A stretch of 20,000 nucleotides of DNA, taken from NCBI RefSeq assembly GCF_004010195.1, contig NC_057749.1:9490890-9510889 (forward strand), in the 5' to 3' direction. This document shows, piece after piece, positions 10,383 through 19,152 of this stretch (the first letter of the stretch is position 1; every line of letters begins with the position of its first letter). A program made the position numbers and the translations under genes. Below the pieces are notes generated by a model, which was not told where the DNA came from, did no database searches, and saw only the letters and a list, made by a program, of their open reading frames with translations. This DNA comes from Chiloscyllium plagiosum (lineage: Eukaryota).

Positions 10383-10700
10383 AAAATGCTAGGAGCAATC
10401 AACAGGTCAGGCAGCATCTGGGGGAACAGTCAACCCTTAAAACTCTAAGGTGTTAGTGATGAATGGTTTTTAGTCAAGTACATTATGGAGCTGGAGAAAA
10501 AGTCAGAGCAAGGTCAGGAGCAAGAGAGGAAAAGTATATGCTTAGATGAAGGAAGAGGAGCTAAATGATAAAATATTACAATGGCACAGAATAAAGTTGA
10601 AACTGGGACAGGTAGAGAAGCAGAAGGTGGGCCCAGAGGGTGTCTGAATGGTTACAGCAGAGCGAGGAGTGGAACTAGGAAAATCTAGCAAACAGGACAA
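10383..10700 (-). mobile_element. Old Penelope-like fragment
   Basis: caacaggtcaggcagcatctg followed by a purine-rich tract; the right boundary is uncertain. Confidence 0.45.
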
Positions 10701-10757
10701 GGCTAACAATGGCGCAGGAAGATGGTGGAAGCAAGGCAGATAGATTCAGAATTGTAG

Positions 10758-10875
10758 GAGTAAATTACTGCAAATTCTGGAACCTGTACTGAAAACACTG
10801 GAGATTACAGCAGGTCAGGCAGCATCCATGGAGAGAGAGCATGGAGTCTTGAGTCTAGGTGACTCCTCATCCCAG
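10758..10875 (-). mobile_element. Penelope-like short repeat with 11-bp TSD (1 mismatch)
   Basis: cagcaggtcaggcagcatccatggagagagag...gagtctaggtgactcctcatc, flanked by CAGAATTGTAG (10747-10757) and CAGAGTTGTAG (10876-10886). Confidence 0.75.
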
Positions 10876-11407
10876 CAGAGTTGTAGAACATCTTGGCGCA
10901 TATAAAGCCAACCTCATTTGTCACAAATGCAAATCAGAATGGGACCAGAACTGTAGACATTACAATTAAGATTGCAGTTTAGTCGTGTTTAGGAAAAGGA
11001 CACAAAGCATTGCTTTCAGGGTTTCCTTGCACCTGTTAAGGAGACTGCAGTTTTGTACTCCTGGTTAAAGGACAGGCTGGAATGAAGTTTAGAAACTGAC
11101 CTCATTTAGGACTTTGTCATGTTACTCAGCGTAAATTTCAGAACAGTTTAATCCGTATAGAAGCAAATAGGATGTATAAGAAGAAACTCACCTTGCAACA
11201 ACAGAAATGAAAATCAACAGACCTTGCAATACATTAGTTGATCAGATTTGTAATACATGGCATGTAAAAATATACACTATTTATTGAGAAAATTCACTCT
11301 GAGGAAATATTGCCATTAACGATTGGTATCATAGACCAAAGGAAAGCTGAAATTTCGGGTGATGGCAAGCACGTGTTTTAACTTGGTTTTGTTCCCGTTG
11401 GTTTCAG

Positions 11408-11536
11408 GTTTGCCTGATACTCCTTTCGGACAATGGATGAGAATTATTGTCGGTCTCAAAAGCATATTGACAGACTTAATACAGTCACGTGGTATTCCTT
11501 TGTCCATCATTCAGTAGGGATGTTCGCCCATTGAAG
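11408..11536 (+). other. Candidate 129-nt exon, non-coding or stop-containing
   Basis: Acceptor tttttgttcccgttggtttcag|G and consensus donor AAG|GTAAGT in unique, CpG-enriched sequence. All three frames contain a stop. Confidence 0.35.
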
Positions 11537-11634
11537 GTAAGTGACTTTTTGTCCGGTGTCAGCTAAAGCTGCAGTGGGTTGACACACTATTTGACCATAA
11601 GAGGCATTACAGATGCAGGAGATCAGAATCGATT

Positions 11635-11804
11635 AGTGTGGTGCTGGAAAAACACCGCCGGTCAGGCAGCATCTGAGGAGCAGGATGGTTGACATTTTGG
11701 GCATAAGCTCTTCATAATTCCTGATGAAGGGCTTATGCTCGAAATGTCGATTCCCCTGCTCCTTGGATGCTGCCTGACCGGCTGCGCTTTTCCAGCACCA
11801 CACT
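11635..11804. mobile_element. Penelope-like inverted repeat (170-bp palindrome) with hammerhead core
   Basis: Arms agtgtggtgctggaaaa...ttttccagcaccacact; the + strand reads CTGATGA-A-GGGC-TTAT-GCTC-GAAA-TGTC at 11721-11748. Confidence 0.9.
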
Positions 11805-12981
11805 CTTTGATCACAGCAGAGCTGAATCCAGTATTGCCTTGTCTGACACAATGTAACATCCCATTCCTGCCTAATCAGGGATTTTTATTATTGGATAGGC
11901 TGGTGAAATAACTGAAACATGCTTAATTGTAGGAAAGACAATTGGCCGGCAAAGTTTTCCCATTGCTACTTCCTTGTTCCAGTTCTTTTCTCTTCAATCG
12001 ATGGAAACAATTACAATCCAAAGTCGGAAAACTGATAGTGCACAAAACAGAACAAATCGCAATATAATCTCTCAATAGATACCTGAGTACAGTTTTTATA
12101 TTATTATCAGACACATGCATATTCAAACATGAAGACCTTTGAATACAATAAACCTGAGATACAAATCATTCCCTTCAAAGCAAAGACCACTACTGAATAT
12201 TTTACAAGAAAATGTTTACAAATTTGCATCATAAAATTGAACCTTCTTCGGTGTGTCTCTATATTGCTGTTGTATAACTTTATAAAATAGAGTAAATTTT
12301 CCAGAAATCATCGTTAAAATTAAATTTTTGTTAGCACATAAGCTGGAGCTGATGATGAGTGAGCAACTCCAGAGCTACATACTCGCCAGAATCTGGGACT
12401 ACATGGTGACAAAAGATTGAATGAAAATGTTGATTTGTACAATTTACAATGTTGAAGCAAAAGTGTGACCCAAAATCATGACATAAGGAGGCAGGTTTGC
12501 GGATAGGAATGTATGCACGATTTTTGAAAAATATGAGCTATATAGACATCTATCTAAAACTTAGTTCAGAAACTGTCTGTGTCTCCTAAATACAAGGCAT
12601 CACTGCAATCTAAAATAATCCTATGGGTAACCAGAAAAAGCTTGATGTTGAAGATAGAGCAGGTCTATAATTTCTGGGAACAGCCAGCAAAGTACAGTAA
12701 CATTGTGTTGATGATGCTGTGTGTACCTTCCTCAGTTTTTGAGGTAAGTTTAGCACCTATCTGGGTGCATTTGAATTAACATGTAGGAGATTTCTTTGTG
12801 TGTTCTTTTACCAGGCATATGCATTTGTTAAAATAGCAGAGCAAGCGATAGTTTTTCTATGTTGAAATACTATCATCCATTAATGATACAACTGTCACAA
12901 TGATTGGACAACACCAAGATGGCTGATCTGATTGACTCTGACACCATATGTTCTAGAATTAGTAGTTGTGAACTGTGACTT

Positions 12982-13186
12982 TAAAAGGTAACCTAGCTGT
13001 ATCTTGGCAGACCATAAGGCATGGAGATGACCAGTGGTGGTTCAACCTGAGGGTCACCATGTTTCAGGCAAGGGGAGATATTGAGAAGGACAGTCCTTCA
13101 AGCAATCTCAGACAGTGATGGGAATTGAACCCATGCTGTTGATTGCAAATCAGCCATTCAGCCAACTGAGCTAACTGACTGCCTAT
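12982..13186 (-). mobile_element. tRNA-derived SINE with 8-bp TSD
   Basis: Minus strand head gttagctcagttggctg...gggttcaattccc (A and B boxes); TGTGACTT at 12974-12981 and 13187-13194. Confidence 0.8.
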
Positions 13187-13211
13187 TGTGACTTAATAAC
13201 ATTCATGTTTT

Positions 13212-14765
13212 TGGGGAAACTAAAAGGTCTGAAGGCAGGTAAACCACCTGGATCAATGGTCTCCACTACACCGTTCTGAAGGAGATTGTGGAGTCATTGA
13301 TGGTGATCTTTCAGGAATCACTGGTGTCAGGGAAATTCCCAGAAGACTGGAAAATGGTTAATGTACACACCTGTTTAAGAAGGGAGGGAGGTAGAAGACA
13401 AAAAACTATGGGCCAGTTGGCCTGACTTCAGTCGTTGGTAAGATTTTAGAATAATTATTAAGGATTAGATTACGAGTACTTGGAAGTACTTGGTAAAACA
13501 GTGCTGAGTCAGCACAGCTTCATCAAAGGGAGTTCATCCCTGACAAATCTATTAGAGTCCTTCGAGGAGGTAATGACCAAGTTAGACTAAGGAGAGCTGG
13601 AGGACATGATCTATCTGGATTTTCAGAAGAACGTTGACAAGATACCGTACAGGAGGCTGATAAATAAGATCAGAGCTCATGGTGTTCGGGACAAGCTACT
13701 GGCATGGATTGAGGATTGGCTGGCCGGCAGAAAGCAGAAGGTGGGGATAACAGGATATTTTTTGAGGTGGCAGCCAGCGACTGATGGAGTTCCGCAGGGA
13801 TGCATATTCGGACTATAACTATTCCCGTTATACATAAATGATCTAGATGAAGGAACTGAGGGCATTGTTGCTAAGTTTGCAGATAGGTGGAGGGACAGCT
13901 GGCATTGAGGAAGCAGGGAGGCTGCAGAAGTTCTTTGACAGGCTAGGAGAGCAGGAAAAAAAGAGGCAGATGGAATGAAATGTGGGAAAGTGTGAGGTTA
14001 TGCACTTTGGTTGGAAGAATAGAGGAATAGACTATTTTCTGAATGGGGAAAGGCTTTGGAAATCTGAAGCACAAAGGGACTCAGGAGTCCTAGTCCAGGA
14101 TTCTCTTAGAATGAACATGCAGGTTCAGTTGGTAGTTAGGAAGGCAAATGTGATGTTAGCAGTCATTTTGAGACAGCTTGGATACAAGGGCAAGCTGTAT
14201 AAGGCTCCGGTCAGACTGCATTTGGAATATTGCGAGCAGTGAACCCTGTACCTTGGGAATGATGTATTGGCTTTGGAGGGGGTCCAGAGCAGGTTTACAA
14301 GAATGATCCCAGGATGATGGGCTTGTCATATGAGGAACGACTGAAGACTCTGGGCGTATACTCAGTGGAGTTAAGAAGGATGAGGGAGGATCTCATTGAA
14401 ACTTCCAGAATACTGAGAGGCCAGGGCAGAGTGGATGTGGAGAAGGCATTTCCACTGGTAGGAATATGGTGGAAGCAAGGCAGATGGATTTAAAATAGGA
14501 AAACATTTTGGGGCGTATAAAGCCAACCTCAGTGAAGGGACAACTAAGATGAGGAATTTCTTCAGTCAGAGGGTGGTAAATCTGTGGAAATCATTGTAGT
14601 AGAAGTCTGTGGAGAAGTCATTGAATGTACTTAAGACAGAGAAGGATAGGTTCTTGATTGGTAAGGGGATGAAGAGTGAGGGGGAGAAGGCAGGTGTATG
14701 GGTATTAGAAACATATCAGCTATGATAAATGGTGGAGCAGACTTGAAGGGGCAAATGGTATTATC
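13212..14765 (+). mobile_element. Degenerate CR1 LINE, RT domain to 3' UTR
   Basis: IYLDFQKNVDKIPYRRLINKIRAHGV..WIEDWLAGRKQKV..GVPQG, KCEVMHFG, VRLHLEYC, with many stops and frameshifts. Confidence 0.93.
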
Positions 14766-14999
14766 CATGCAACTTTTCACATTGTGTCAAGTGCTGCACA
14801 AGTAGTCCTGTGATATAAGTGATTTAGTCTGGACTACAGAGACAAGGTTGACATTAGATATGAATAAGAAATAGGTATTTACATTGTGTCTTCAACACAG
14901 AAAAACACCTCATGGGCACTTCAGCATAAAATAGGCATTTAGGTATGATGGGGATTGCTTAGTGGCCTGAAATGTACTTATGACTGAAGGTGTGAGCAT

Positions 15000-15195
15000 G
15001 GAAAGAGTCTTTGGAGGAGGCTTTTGCATTGAGAAAAGCCACAAAGGAAGCAGTCATATCGAGGGATAGTTCTAGAGTGTTGTTGGCTCCACTGGTTGCA
15101 AGAATTGAGAAGGCATTCTGTAAAGGATGGTACAGAGGAAGGGGGTTAACAAATGCAGATAAGATGAGGCCATGCAAGAATTTGTAAAGAAGCTT
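15000..15195 (-). mobile_element. Possible highly decayed L2-like LINE fragment
   Basis: gagggatagttctagag...gaggccatgcaagaatttg resembles antisense L2 3' regions from recall. Confidence 0.3.
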
Positions 15196-15202
15196 ATTTA
15201 GC

Positions 15203-15575
15203 ATTTACAAGGTACAAGTCAGGAGCTTGGTGAAATATTCTCCACTGATGGCACCCCATCCAGCACCTTTAAACATTTACTCCCTCTACCATTGATGCAC
15301 AGTGGTGGCAGTGTGTCTCTGTAAGATGCCATCAGCAACCCAATAAGGTTCCGCCAACATCACTTATCACCTCAACCATCCACGAGGACAAGGATAGAAG
15401 ATGTATGTAAGCACCATTGTCTGCAAGTTCCCTACCAAGCAGCACAACTTCTTGGTTTGGAACTATATCACCAATCCTTCCCTGTCACTGGTCAAAATCC
15501 TGGAACCTCCTCCCTATCAGCACGGTGTATGGATAGAGTGAGTTCAACAAGATACCTCACCACTGTTTCTGAAAT
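15203..15575 (+). mobile_element. CR1/L2-group LINE 3' portion; its tail apparently resumes at 17309-17370
   Basis: tacaaggtacaagtcaggagc..gaaatattctccac (YKVQVRSLVKYSP), ctgcaagttccc, aaaatcctggaac. The matching family tail gggatgaacagtaaatgatggctttgccagcaatgccgacattccatgaaagaattaaaa lies at 17309-17370. Confidence 0.7.
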
Positions 15576-15642
15576 GTGTGGATAGTGGTTTATAAACCTC
15601 CTAACGGTAGCTGTATTGTAGAACAGAGAATAATGTAACAAA

Positions 15643-15821
15643 TAGAGTCAGAGAGACGTACAGCATGGAAACAGACCCTTTGGTCCAACTCATCCATGTT
15701 GACTAAATATCCTAAATTAATCTGTACCATTTGCCAACATTTGGCCCATAGCACTCTAAACCCTTCCCGTTCCTGTAGCCTTTTAAATGTTGTAATTGCT
15801 CCAGCCTCCACCACTTCCTCT
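15643..15821 (-). mobile_element. CR1 3' end nested within CR1
   Basis: VVEAGAITTFKR-like translation; tail tacagcatggaaacagaccctttggtccaac; same family as 8762-9045. Confidence 0.85.
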
Positions 15822-16440
15822 GCAAGAAGGCAATATATTAATTATGGGTGACTTTAACCTTCACGTATTTGGGAAAATCAAACTGGCAGAGGCAGCTGTA
15901 AGGAAGAATGCATTGGGTGTATTTGGGATAGTTTTCTGGAACAATATTTCCTCGGAAACAGTGACAATAACATGGTAAAATTTAGCATTCAGTTTGAGAG
16001 TGAGAAACATCCCATTAAACTTAAATAAGAATAATGAGTGTGGAATGAGGGCAGACTTGGCTGGAGAGGACTGGAAAAAGAAATTAGCAGAAAGGATGAT
16101 TAAGGAACAATGGCAGGCATTTAAGACAATAGTTCAAGGCTGTCTGCAAAGATATATCACAGCAAGGAAAAATTCCATCATAACAACTTTGTTACTAGCT
16201 GAGCACCACAGGGATCAGTACTGGGGCCAGAATTATTTACTATAAGTGTTAATGACTTAGACAATGGAAGTGAATACATTATCGCTAAGTTGGCTGATGA
16301 CACAGAAATAGAAGGCAAGTAGTTAGAATTATGCAAAAAGTCTGGAAAGGGATATAGAAAAATTGACAAGAATGGGCAAAAACATGGTACATGTATTATT
16401 GGAAAAGGTGACGTTATGCACCTTGGCAGGAAGAACAAAC

Positions 16441-16535
16441 ATGACTTGGAATGCCAGTGTTGGACAAGGGTGGACAAAGTGAAAATCGCACACCAGGTTA
16501 TAGTGCAACAGGTTTATTTGGAAGCACTAGCTTCC
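16441..16535 (-). mobile_element. Penelope-like short repeat nested in CR1
   Basis: gccagtgttggacaagggtggacaaag...caccaggttatagtgcaacaggtttatttggaagcactagcttcc; same family as 6022-6228. Confidence 0.8.
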
Positions 16536-17640
16536 AAAAATAAATGAGTTGAATATGATTTAAATGGAGAAAGATTGCAAAAATGTGCAGCACAGAGGGA
16601 TTTGGGGATCCTCATGCAAGAATGACACAAAGATAGTATACAAGTTCAGCAGGTAACAGGGAAGGCAAATGGAGTGTTGGCCTTTATTCCAAAGGGAATG
16701 GAATGTAGAAATAGGAAAGTCTTGTTAAAACTATACGAGGCGCCAGTCAGAGCACAGCTGGAATACTGTGAACAGTTTTGGTCCCATTATGCAAGTGAAG
16801 ATAATCTGGCATACAGTCTCAAGAAGATTTTCTAGATTGATCCCAGGTATGGAGGGAGATTTTTTTTATGAGGTGAGGTTGCATAGGCTGGGCCTGTACT
16901 CATTTGCGTTTAGGAGAATGAGAGGTGACCTCATTGAAACATGTAAGAAACTTATGAGACTTGATGTGTGAGGTGCAAAGATGTTCCCCTTCTGGGAGAG
17001 TCGAAGAACAGAGGCATAATCTCAAAGTAAGGGGTCACCCATTTAAGATGGAGAGTATTTTTTTCTCTGTGGGTAGTGAACCTATGGTATTATTTAACAT
17101 GGAGAGCTAGTGAGGCTGTGTAGTTAAGCATGTTGAAGGCTAAGATCGACAGATTTTTTAATCAGTCAGAGAGTCATTGTTATAGAGAGAAAGCAAGAAA
17201 GCAGAGTTAAGGATTATCGGGTCAGCATGATCTCATTGAATGGTGGAGCAGACACAATGGGCTGAATGGCCTTCTAAGTGGTTCTACGTTATATGGTCAA
17301 TGTCAAAAAGGGATGAACAGTAAATGATGGCTTTGCCAGCAATGCCGACATTCCATGAAAGAATTAAAATCAAAATAGTGACTCACTATATTGGGGTTAG
17401 CAATGGCGGATGAGAAATGAGATGGTGTGTGAATTAGGATATGGTAAATAGAATTGATCTGGCCAACTTTTGGCACGAAGAACTATTGAACAAGCACTGT
17501 ACATTCATCTCTTTGTAGAAGTAGTTTATGGCACAATATAAGAATACTGATGTGATCGGACTAATTCACATACTAGTACAATGAGATAGAGACAGAGGTC
17601 CAGCAGATGAAGTGTTATTCAACATTCTGGGGTAGTCTGG

Positions 17641-17832
17641 TCACCTGCTGTGACTGCCAGGTTGTGTAGGGACCACCTTCTCTTGCCCAGAACCTGTCTC
17701 TTGTGCATCCAGGGGCAGTGTGTCGAGGGTAATGCCTCGTCGTTCACCAAACACCCGCTCCTGCAGTTCAATTATGTCATGCCTGATATCAGCCATCATC
17801 AGTAAGAGGAAGTCAAATGATCCAGGAGGGCC
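17641..17832 (-). CDS. CCBE1: Last coding exon of a collagen and calcium-binding EGF domain-containing protein 1 (CCBE1 or CCBE1-like) gene
   Basis: Translation [29 protein letters not shown]...ETGSGQE...SR* matches the recalled CCBE1 C-terminus ([29 protein letters not shown]...GSG). A phase-0 acceptor ttttgttttatctacag|GGC lies at 17833-17849, and TGA at 17641-17643. The ORF-track residues MFYLQ are intronic. Orthologue versus paralogue is unresolved. Confidence 0.9.
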   Translation of the reverse strand, partial: GPPGSFDFLLLMMADIRHDIIELQERVFGERRGITLDTLPLDAQETGSGQEKVVPTQPGSHSR

Positions 17833-18054
17833 CTGTAGATAAAACAAAATCCAATACGGTCATCACATGGTCCATCAATAACTTCTTTCCAATCCTATAG
17901 CAAACCCTTCTGTACAATTTTGTTCAAGGGAGTATTTTATCTAACTTTCTTCATGCTGTATCTTAAAAATACTTTATGATTGATTGTAAGGGAGAGTTGA
18001 TCTTTCAGCTGAATGTTGATTTGTTTGTGTGGGAGAGGAGCCAGGATTAGGGCT

Positions 18055-18300
18055 GACATCAGAAGGTTGGTCAGATTGGAACCACAAGCACTGCACTGGC
18101 AGACATGTTGCCTTTCAGACATGGTGTTGAGCTGAGGCCTTTTCTGTCTGTTTGTATGGATGTAAAACAATTTTGAAAAAGAGCAGTTGGTCTGACCAAA
18201 ATGTATTTCTCAATCGACATCACAAAAAGGAAAGTGAGCTGGCTCGTGCAAATTGGCTGTTGTATTTCCTACAATACAGCAATATTCGAAAGCACTTAGT
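18055..18300 (+). mobile_element. Deu-domain SINE, degenerate (intronic)
   Basis: ttttgaaaaagagcag...ctcaatcgacatcacaaaaa...gtgcaaattggctgttgtatttcctaca; similar to 4865-5113. Confidence 0.6.
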
Positions 18301-18304
18301 TATG

Positions 18305-18442
18305 GAGACATAGAGCTGTACAGCATGAAAACAGACCCATCGCTCCAACTTGTCAATGCCGACCAGATATCTTAACTTAATCTAGTTCCATTTTCCAATA
18401 TTTGGCTCATATCCCTTCCTATTGATATATCCATCCAGAGAG
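18305..18442 (-). mobile_element. CR1 3' end fragment (intronic)
   Basis: catagagctgtacagcatgaaaacagaccc...ccaacttgtcaatgccgaccagatatc; same family as 15643-15821. Confidence 0.8.
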
Positions 18443-19152
18443 TCTTGTAAATTTGGGATTTTTGCTCGCCTTGAAGAACACAATATCAATACAAATCTTT
18501 TTTTTCTTTTGAAGTGATTGTGTATTGATAAATTGGCATTTCTACATGGTCTTAGTGAAATTCCAATTTTTTCCTTCTCACCTTGTGTTAATATCGTTGC
18601 ACGAAGTGATAGTGCATCACCAGCATTGATCGTGTGACGCTATTCTTGAAGGTGTGGACAAGATGTGAAATTTAAATTCACTTGTTCTAAAAGCATGCAA
18701 TAGTTACTTTTCTGCATCAGTCAGATTCAAAATCCCTTGCTTTCCCCTACTTGTTCCAAATTCCATTCTTGTTATCTCAGTTATCTTGCCAGTTTTGCAG
18801 ACTTCCTGTGTTGAACATAAAAGCACTTGTGCATGTCAGTAATCTCTGAAGTGTAACATCAAAGTTGCATTAAACTGTAGAGAAAACAAAATATCTCCAG
18901 GTGCAGCAGCTGCTGCTTTTGTACAAATGTTCTTGAAAAAGCAGAAACATCACCAGCCTTCAAAATGATGCAAAACGGCACGGAAGTCCATTTGACACCT
19001 TGTTGATGGGGGACTGAGATCGAGGGAACTCACTAACCAGTGATATAGGGGAAGCACAAGCACTAATGGCTGGATGGGGAGTTTTGCCGATTCCCTTGCT
19101 CCCATTGATGAAGCCAAATGAGCCTTTCAGTATGGCTACTTAGGTGCTATTG

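Larger units (their letters stand above)
15576..17298 (+). mobile_element. Degenerate, internally deleted CR1 LINE (endonuclease, RT and 3' UTR remnants)
   Basis: ILIMGDFN (endonuclease), cagggatcagtactggggcc (QGSVLGP), KLADDT, RLHRLGLYSFAFRRMRGDLIE, tail gggctgaatggcct. Confidence 0.88.

Noticed and set aside
11192..11235. Hydrophobic minus-strand peptide VLQGLLIFISVVA before a donor, resembling a signal peptide
   Set aside because: In-frame TGA just upstream and no ATG in that frame.
11633..11859. Two overlapping minus-strand ORFs
   Set aside because: Translations of the Penelope-like palindrome.
13110..13180. tRNA-like A and B boxes (also at 5115-5175 and 7474-7520)
   Set aside because: These are SINE heads with SINE bodies and no complete cloverleaf, so not tRNA genes.
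49..16535. Recurrent short repeats as a CRISPR-like or regular array
   Set aside because: Eukaryotic DNA; the copies are dispersed, irregularly spaced, on both strands, and some have TSDs.
17380..17390. GACTCACTATA resembles the T7 promoter core
   Set aside because: Only an 11-nt match without TAATAC or any vector context; treated as chance.
17850..19150. Searched for the preceding Gly-X-Y collagen exon of CCBE1
   Set aside because: No Gly-X-Y frame with splice sites found; the exon probably lies beyond the right edge.
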